Source: Acidobacteriota bacterium (lineage in GTDB: Bacteria > Acidobacteriota > Vicinamibacteria > Vicinamibacterales > UBA2999). Taken from it: 41,281 nucleotides of DNA. The notes below the pieces were generated by a model that saw only the letters and a program-made list of their open reading frames with translations, ran no database searches and was not told the origin of the DNA. Made by a program: the position numbers and the translations under genes. The stretch spans positions 7,091 to 48,371 of the forward strand of contig JAHFUO010000001.1 of assembly GCA_023265015.1 (NCBI GenBank). The letters run 5' to 3'. How positions within the stretch are numbered: position 1 is the first letter of the stretch; the number at the start of each line of letters is the position of its first letter. Below, one piece after another: positions 36,473 through 41,281 of the stretch.

Positions 36473-37513
36473 TCATGAAAGGGACTTGCCGCTGACGACC
36501 CGGCGCTTCACCGAGAGCTGGCGGACCTTACGGTAGAGGTTGGTCCGCTGGATTCCCAGCGCCTTTGCCGCTTCCGCCATCCGGCCGTGATGCTGCTCGA
36601 GCACCGCGGCGACGTATTCGCGCTCGAACTGCTCGCGCGCCTCCTTCAACGAGCCGCCATAGACAAAGGCGGTGCTGCCGCCATCCAGCCGGATGTTCCG
36701 CAGCACGTCGCCCTGGCGAATCACGGCGCCGGGCACCTTCAGCACCAGTACCTGCAGCAAGCCTTTCAACTCCTGAAGGTTACCCTGCCACGGCAATGCG
36801 GTCAGGAGCTGGATGGCCTGCCTCGATGCCGTTTTCGCGGGCAGATTGAGAGACGCGCAGATGTCGACGAGCAGGTACGCGACAAGCGACGGGATATCCT
36901 CGCGCCGGTCACGCAAGCGCGGCATCATGATCGTGGTCTGTTCCAGACGCGTGCGCAGCAGGGGTACCAGCTGGTGGTCATCCCCGCTCGCGGCGTCCAT
37001 CGTCGCGATCGGCCGGAGATTGACGGCTTCGAACCTCTCCGTTCCGTCCTTCTTCTGAACCAAGACCTCGCCGTCACGCAGTACCCGCGCGAGCCGGATC
37101 TGCAGGCGCCCCGGAAGCTCCGGCACGTGGTTGAGAACCAGGGTGCCGCCAAACGCGTTGTGCAGCACGCTTCCTTCCGTGATGTGATCGAGGCCGTGCA
37201 GCGACGATGGCTGTGCGTCGCATCCGAATAGTTGCCGCTCGATTCCATTCGGCGAGGTGCAGTCGACCTCGATAAAGGGGCGGCCGTTCGAACGGACCGG
37301 CTCCATCGATTCCCGGAGGAGCTGCTCGACCGAGCCGCCGTAGGAGCCGTCGTTTGCAAGGTGAATGGCGCGCGCGAATTGCGCGCGGCCGGTCCCCGGA
37401 TCGCCGCACAAAAGCACGCCGCCATCCATGGTCAGCGCTCGTCGAAGATCGCGAGCCGCGGACATCATCGCCGGAGAGCGGATCAGGCCGCGGGCGGCTA
37501 GGACTGGTGTCAT
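36473..37513 (-). CDS. Atypical sigma54-interaction-domain regulator with Fis-type HTH, no receiver domain
   Basis: VLLCGDPGTGR..ARAIH, PFIEVDC, GGTLVL, MPRLRDRREDIP.L, WQGNLQEL, HTH AAKALGIQRTNLYRK. Confidence 0.88.
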   Translation of the reverse strand: MTPVLAARGLIRSPAMMSAARDLRRALTMDGGVLLCGDPGTGRAQFARAIHLANDGSYGGSVEQLLRESMEPVRSNGRPFIEVDCTSPNGIERQLFGCDAQPSSLHGLDHITEGSVLHNAFGGTLVLNHVPELPGRLQIRLARVLRDGEVLVQKKDGTERFEAVNLRPIATMDAASGDDHQLVPLLRTRLEQTTIMMPRLRDRREDIPSLVAYLLVDICASLNLPAKTASRQAIQLLTALPWQGNLQELKGLLQVLVLKVPGAVIRQGDVLRNIRLDGGSTAFVYGGSLKEAREQFEREYVAAVLEQHHGRMAEAAKALGIQRTNLYRKVRQLSVKRRVVSGKSLS

Positions 37514-38205
37514 GGCTTTCGGGATCGCGGGCGGGCGGCGGCCACGCGCGTCAGCGGCGGAACCGGGCGCACTTGCCAGCGGCTGGTACCATCGGGATCG
37601 GCCTCAACGCGCGCAATGGATCCGTTTGGTCCGTAGACGAAACGGCGCTCGGGCCGTCCGGATCCACTGTCGTCGAACGCGGTCGCCGTGATCGCGTAGG
37701 CAGGTTCACCTGGCGGGTGGTCGGGACGCGCGGTGTATTCGTCCCATTTGTCCGGGCGGCCGTCGCCGTTGGCGTCGTCCTGGCTCCGGACCAGCACATT
37801 CTTTTCGTAGAACTCGGTCCGATCGAAACGGCTGTCCCGCTTCGTTGAGATTTCAATACGCTGGAGCTCGCCGCCCGCGGTATAGAACGCCTGGGAGTCC
37901 ATCACGCCGTCGTTTTGGCTGGCGAGCCCGACCTTATCCAGCTTGCCGTCCGGCCGGTAGAAGTCCCACCGTTCGACCTTCCCGTTTTCATCGAGATCCA
38001 GCTCAATCCGGACGATGCGGGTCCCGTCCATGTAGCTGACGGTGTCGTTCTTGCCGTTCTTGTTGGCGTCGAAGACGATTTCCCTGAGCCGTCCGGTGGT
38101 CTCGTCGTACTCGGCGCGCGGCTGCTCGCCGGCAGGTTTGCTCGAGCACGCCGACAGGATCGCAATCGGCGCTAAAACCCGGGAAATAAGGAGCTTGCGG
38201 AGCAC
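37510..38205 (-). CDS. Lipoprotein with repeated Dx(D/N)xDG-type motifs
   Basis: Lipobox ILSAC after a short signal (GTG 38205; the ORF track starts at 38244). Repeats: DANKNGKND, DLDENGKVERW, DANGDGRPDKW, DDSGSGRPER. Confidence 0.78.
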   Translation of the reverse strand: MLRKLLISRVLAPIAILSACSSKPAGEQPRAEYDETTGRLREIVFDANKNGKNDTVSYMDGTRIVRIELDLDENGKVERWDFYRPDGKLDKVGLASQNDGVMDSQAFYTAGGELQRIEISTKRDSRFDRTEFYEKNVLVRSQDDANGDGRPDKWDEYTARPDHPPGEPAYAITATAFDDSGSGRPERRFVYGPNGSIARVEADPDGTSRWQVRPVPPLTRVAAARPRSRKP

Positions 38206-38370
38206 TATTGGCGGCAGGTGATAGAGCTTTGCCCTCTGACTCACACGCGGAAACGCGCGAAGAGGGCGAACCTGACAGCCCTACGGAGTATCGTCAGAAG
38301 GTGTCACGAACAATACTGATGGCATCAGACGGATACGGACACCGATCGTCGCGACGAGGACGAGAAGGGG

Positions 38371-39417
38371 TCAGGGGGAGGGGACCGAAAAGAAAAATTC
38401 CTCGATGATGTCGCGCAGCTCCTGGATGGTGGTAGTGCTGTTCACGCGGATGCGGAGGTGTGAGCCGCAGTCGAATCCCTTGGAATACCAGGTGCAAAGG
38501 GCGCGCACCTTGTTAATCACCCAGCGTTCGCGTCCCCGCGCTACGCGCTCGGAAGGGCTCAGGGCCCAGGGCTCAGGGCTCAGGAAGTGCCGGAAGCCGT
38601 CGGTCTCGTTCCCGCGCTCGTTCAGCAGCAGGTCGATGTAGTCCAGGAGGAACTGTCCGCGCTCGCTCATCGTCACCTCGCGGGGCGCGCGGCCGTTGGC
38701 GATGTCCATGGCCTGCGCGAGGATCCAGGGATTGCGCAGGACGCCCCGCCCGACGAGGACGCCGCCCACGTACTGCATCCGGTCGATGATTTGCTCTGGC
38801 TCGACGCAGTCGCCGCTACCGAGCACCGGGATGCTCAAGCTCTCCGCCACGCTCGCCACCAGATCCCAGTCCGCGGATCCGCTGTATGACTGCTCGGCGG
38901 TTCGTCCGTGAATCGTCACGGCGGATGCGCCGGCATCCTGCGCCATCCTGGCGAGGTCTGGCGCATTGCGCGACCGATCGTTCCAGCCGGCGCGCATCTT
39001 CACTGTCACCGGAATCCTCACGGCTTTCGCCATCGCGCTGATGACCGTCGCCGCGTGCTGCGGCTCCCGCATCAGGCTGCAGCCGGCATTGTGCTTGGCG
39101 ATCTTCGGCACGGGGCAGCCCATGTTCACGTCGACGATGTCGGCGCCCATGCCTTCGACAATCTGCGCGGCGGCCGCCATCTTCTCCGGATCGCCGCCGA
39201 AGATCTGAATCGAGACCGGCCGCTCTTCTTCCGTGTACTCCGCGTACTCCAGCGTGCGATCGATGCCGCGCACGAGGCCCTCGGACGAGACCATCTCCGT
39301 CACGACAAGGCCGCAGCCGCCGTGCCGCTTGACCAGCCGGCGGAACGCAGAGTCGGTCATGCCCGCCATGGGCGCGATGATGAAGGGTGAGGAGAGCTCG
39401 ACAGAGCCGATTCTCAT
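38371..39417 (-). CDS. dusB: tRNA-dihydrouridine synthase
   Basis: IAPMAGMTD..FR, TEMVS, QIFG, DVNMGCP, VTVKMRAGW, IHGRT..Q.YSG.ADW, VLVGRG..RNPW. Confidence 0.93.
   Translation of the reverse strand: MRIGSVELSSPFIIAPMAGMTDSAFRRLVKRHGGCGLVVTEMVSSEGLVRGIDRTLEYAEYTEEERPVSIQIFGGDPEKMAAAAQIVEGMGADIVDVNMGCPVPKIAKHNAGCSLMREPQHAATVISAMAKAVRIPVTVKMRAGWNDRSRNAPDLARMAQDAGASAVTIHGRTAEQSYSGSADWDLVASVAESLSIPVLGSGDCVEPEQIIDRMQYVGGVLVGRGVLRNPWILAQAMDIANGRAPREVTMSERGQFLLDYIDLLLNERGNETDGFRHFLSPEPWALSPSERVARGRERWVINKVRALCTWYSKGFDCGSHLRIRVNSTTTIQELRDIIEEFFFSVPSP
38554..38584. repeat. Tandem heptamer (AGGGCTC)x4 inside dusB
   Basis: AGGGCTC AGGGCCC AGGGCTC AGGGCTC AGG, encoding LSPEPWALSP in frame. Confidence 0.8.
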
Positions 39418-39423
39418 GAATAT

Positions 39424-39464
39424 AGGGGTCAGGTGTCAGGGGTCAGGGCTGTCTCAGGCATCAG
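39424..39464. repeat. 41-bp direct repeat, copy 1 (AGGGGTC heptamers + AGGGCTGTCTCAGG)
   Basis: 38/41 identical to 40139-40179 by hand alignment. Confidence 0.85.
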
Positions 39465-39510
39465 CGTAGCAGGCGTCAGAGCTACGCGGTTGCGAGCGTC
39501 GGCGAGGGGA

Positions 39511-39600
39511 GATGTCCCGCCTTCGCCAAAGGCTTCGGCGGGCCAAGCCGGAGCGGGCCTGCCGCGCCGTAGCGCGAAGCGCGAAGGCGGGAGCGACATC
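39511..39600. repeat. REP-like doublet: two inverted ~35-nt units
   Basis: TCCCGCCTTCGC (39515-39526) is the perfect reverse complement of 39581-39592. Both units read CCCGCCTTCGC-N5-7-GCT(T/A)CGGCG-N4-A(A/G)GCC. Confidence 0.75.
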
Positions 39601-39618
39601 GCACCGAGCCGGCGCGAG

Positions 39619-40104
39619 TCAGTAAGCTTTGACATCCGAGGCGTCGACCTCGACGCTCACCGCCTGGCCGATGAGATCGACCGACAGCACGAGCCGCGCG
39701 TGCGCGCCTTTGCGAATGAGGCGGCCAACCACCCCCTTCAGCGGGCCGTGCGTGACCTCCACCATCATCCCTTCGCGGATCATCGGGCACGGATCGTAGG
39801 CGAGCTCGCTCTCGATCAGGACGCGAATACCGTCGATTTCATGCTCGGGGATCGGCGCCGGCTCCCCCTCGAACGAGATGATGTTGACGACGCCGGCGCA
39901 TTTCAGGATGGGCAGACGCTCGCGGAGCGTGAACCGCGCGAAGCAGTAGCCGGGAAAGAGCGGCCAGTCGATCTTCTTTTTGCGATCCTTCCAGCGGCTC
40001 CATCGCGTGATCGTCGGCAGGAACGCTTCGATATGCTTTTGCTCGAGCTGCTCGCGGACGAGCTGCTCGTGCCGCGACCGGGTCCAGAGTGCGTACCAGC
40101 GCAC
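39619..40104 (-). CDS. UpxY/RfaH/LoaP-type specialised NusG paralog (transcription antiterminator)
   Basis: WYALWTRSRHE, EAFLP, RWKDRKKKIDWPLFPGYCF, KOW motif GMMVEVTHGPLKGVVG. The start may lie further upstream (see findings). Confidence 0.92.
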   Translation of the reverse strand: MRWYALWTRSRHEQLVREQLEQKHIEAFLPTITRWSRWKDRKKKIDWPLFPGYCFARFTLRERLPILKCAGVVNIISFEGEPAPIPEHEIDGIRVLIESELAYDPCPMIREGMMVEVTHGPLKGVVGRLIRKGAHARLVLSVDLIGQAVSVEVDASDVKAY

Positions 40105-40131
40105 ATCCGCGTCGGACGCGGGGACAACAAC

Positions 40132-40179
40132 AGGGGTCAGGGGTCGGGGGTCAGGGGTCAGGGCTGTCTCAGGAATCAG
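40132..40179. repeat. Direct repeat, copy 2, with four (A/G)GGGGTC heptamers
   Basis: AGGGGTC AGGGGTC GGGGGTC AGGGGTC AGGGCTGTCTCAGG AATCAG. Confidence 0.85.
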
Positions 40180-41261
40180 GCGGCAGGGGGCAGGGCCTGC
40201 GTTGACTCGAGTTCCTTCCGGCGCTGCTCGAGCGCCTGGTCGTACGCCTTCTTCAGCTCCTCGTTTCTCCAGGTGATGGTGGCCTGGCTGCGGAGCTTCT
40301 CGATGTACTTCTGCGTTTCGCCGCGGCGCTTCTGCTCCGCGATCTTCTCGCTGATATCGGAGCGGGCTTCCTCGAACGACTTGATCTTGGTCTCGGTGCG
40401 CGACTCGAGCCCGAGAATCTGGTAGCCGCGCTGCGTGCGAATCACCTCGGACACCTCGCCGACCTTGATCGCATCGAGCACCTTCAGAAGCGCCGGCGCC
40501 AGCTCATCGCTGTTGATCGGACCGATGAGGCCGCCGTTCGCCTTCGACGATGCGTCCGACACCTCACCCGCGATCCGCGCGAACGGCTCGCCGCCGAGCA
40601 ACTGGTGCCGTATGTCCTCCGCCTTCGCCTTCGCGGCGTCGTCCTGCGCCACGTTCACGCCCCGGTCGGTCGCAGGCACGGCAATCAGGATCTCCCGCAG
40701 CATGATGGCCGACGGCGTCGTGAACTCGGTCTTGTGCGCGTCGTAGTACGTCCGCGCCTCGTCTTCGGTCACGCTGATCTTCGCGAGCACCTCGTTCTGC
40801 TGGACGCGCGTCTCGAGCATGTTCTTCTCGAGCTGCCGCCGCAGGTCGGCCATCGTCATCCCTTCCTGCTTCAGCGCGTCCTGGAACGTCGTCTCGTCCT
40901 CAATGTGGTTGTCCTTCTTGATGCCCTCGAGGATGCTCTTGAACTGCTCGTCGCTCATGACGTAGCCCAGCTCGCGGCCGCGCTGGACGAGCAGCAGCTC
41001 GTCGACCGCGCTGAGGATCAATTGCGGCGTGCTCTCGGCAACCGCTTTCTGCAGCTCGGGACTGTCCGCCGTGGTGTTCTGCAGGTCCGGCTTCTGGCGG
41101 AGGAATTCCACCTGGAGCCGCTCGAAGTCGCCTTTCGTGATGATGTCGCCGTTCACCTTCACGAGCACCTGCTCGATGATCTCCGCGCGAAGCGGCGAGA
41201 CGGCCACGAGGGCGATGACAGCGACGAGCACGGCCGTAATGGGGGCGAATCTCTTCAACAT
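40176..41261 (-). CDS. SurA/PrsA-like parvulin peptidyl-prolyl isomerase
   Basis: Signal peptide, EIIEQVLVKVNGDIIT, LREILI, GEPFARIA.EVSD.SSKANGGLIG, GEVSEVIRTQRGYQI. Confidence 0.92.
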   Translation of the reverse strand: MLKRFAPITAVLVAVIALVAVSPLRAEIIEQVLVKVNGDIITKGDFERLQVEFLRQKPDLQNTTADSPELQKAVAESTPQLILSAVDELLLVQRGRELGYVMSDEQFKSILEGIKKDNHIEDETTFQDALKQEGMTMADLRRQLEKNMLETRVQQNEVLAKISVTEDEARTYYDAHKTEFTTPSAIMLREILIAVPATDRGVNVAQDDAAKAKAEDIRHQLLGGEPFARIAGEVSDASSKANGGLIGPINSDELAPALLKVLDAIKVGEVSEVIRTQRGYQILGLESRTETKIKSFEEARSDISEKIAEQKRRGETQKYIEKLRSQATITWRNEELKKAYDQALEQRRKELESTQALPPAA

Positions 41262-41281
41262 CAGCAATTCCTTGGAATTCA

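Noticed and set aside
35674-36495. Plus-strand 273-aa Ala/Pro-rich ORF with CACNCAC repeats
   Set aside because: Mirror of the minus-strand gene, which has a clear signal peptide, a recognisable domain and the same orientation as the operon.
39424-40179. CRISPR array or IS element suggested by the repeats
   Set aside because: Only two copies about 715 bp apart, with no spacer periodicity, no cas or transposase gene and no terminal inverted repeats.

Overview
GC-rich bacterial window. An Acidobacteriota/Vicinamibacteria-like origin is my impression from gene content and has not been tested. Almost every gene is on the minus strand, and there are three blocks. (1) 41.3-35.8 kb: SurA/PrsA-like PPIase, an UpxY/RfaH-type NusG paralog, dusB, a DxDxDG-repeat lipoprotein, a degenerate receiver-less sigma54-type regulator, and a small exported Ala/Gly-rich protein. 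(2) 35.7-9.2 kb: a Wzx/Wzy-dependent polysaccharide locus. It has an OM beta-barrel, short OPX/Wza, Wzc, priming transferase, flippase, polymerase, five glycosyltransferases, three methyltransferases and a DegT aminotransferase. It also has a nucleotide-sugar cassette (epimerase, SDR, Gfo/Idh/MocA, GHMP kinase, nucleotidyltransferase, SIS isomerase, a deleted HAD phosphatase, transaldolase), then an O-antigen-ligase-family gene and an ExeA-type ATPase. (3) 8.1 kb to the left edge: an MSHA-like type IV pilus/T2SS operon (MshE/PilB ATPase, PilM-PilN fusion, PilO, PilP/MshK-like, MshL secretin, MshM/ExeA-SPOR, MshN-like TPR, truncated). The best candidates for undescribed biology are the transaldolase-fed sugar cassette, whose enzyme set mirrors the lincosamide GDP-octose pathway, and a PEP-CTERM-locus-like arrangement with no exosortase in view but with a candidate new C-terminal sorting tail (...ASPSR). 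Several gene relics, REP-like hairpins and heptamer repeats are also visible. I saw no rRNA, tRNA, CRISPR array or transposase. All calls come from reading motifs by eye; no database searches were run.
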